Below are positions 45,619 through 45,687 of a DNA stretch of 45,687 bases, piece by piece (within the stretch, counting starts at the first letter, position 1; every line of letters starts with the position of its first letter). Below the pieces are notes generated by a model that saw only the letters and a list, made by a program, of their open reading frames with translations, did no database searches and was not told where the DNA came from. This stretch comes from an uncultured Gemmatimonadota bacterium (GTDB lineage Bacteria > GCA-2686955), in assembly GCA_964490075.1 (NCBI GenBank), contig CAZBBK010000044.1:1-45687 (forward strand), in the 5' to 3' direction. The position numbers and the translations under genes were made by a program.

Positions 45619-45687
45619 TTCGTCTCGCCGGCGTGGGCGCGCATCAATCCCCAGTAACCCACAAAGCGTTGCGAGGCCCTCCATAGG

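Noticed and set aside
45121-45684. Minus-strand 187-aa ORF at the window end
   Set aside because: Mostly antisense to the 44624-45547 gene with no recognisable motif; cannot be evaluated at the window edge.
1-45687. CRISPR array, tRNA, rRNA, transposase or prophage genes
   Set aside because: No regularly spaced direct repeats, cloverleaf/T-loop signatures, rRNA-like sequence, or DDE/HUH/recombinase/phage motifs were recognised.

Overview
GC-rich chromosomal segment from a diderm bacterium (LapAB, a FadL-like outer-membrane barrel, many secreted proteins); the lineage cannot be assigned from this window. The left part is mostly housekeeping: comM/yifB, a lipoprotein-OMP-HD hydrolase cluster, and a minus-strand miaB-lapA-lapB-SPOR/TPR-mutS-TPR operon. 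Next come a modular secreted GH8-FG-GAP-Ig-CBM3 glycanase and a 2-oxoacid oxidoreductase operon whose gamma subunit is fused to a GltD/DsrL-like NAD(P) flavoprotein and a ferredoxin. An accessory block (about 20.7-31.2 kb) holds a satD-DUF3307-GNAT operon, a Phd-VapC toxin-antitoxin pair, a GT4, an Rsm22-like methyltransferase, an FG-GAP protein and a beta-helix gene split by one in-frame TAA. The right part has rlmKL, a 1351-aa membrane protein, ferredoxin-bcp, an LVIVD protein, a VIT1 transporter, an amidohydrolase and a DUF6345-like pair. The best candidate for an undescribed system is the satD (cyclase-like + HTH) / DUF3307 (membrane metal-binding) module. It has four TCGG-N8-CCGA palindromes in two 29-bp-spaced pairs over its promoter and start codon. 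It is also bracketed by two ~180-nt strand-biased palindromic elements with a shared core; a third, shorter relative lies upstream of miaB. No rRNA, tRNA, CRISPR array, transposase or integrase was recognised. All family assignments come from motif recognition by eye, not from database searches.
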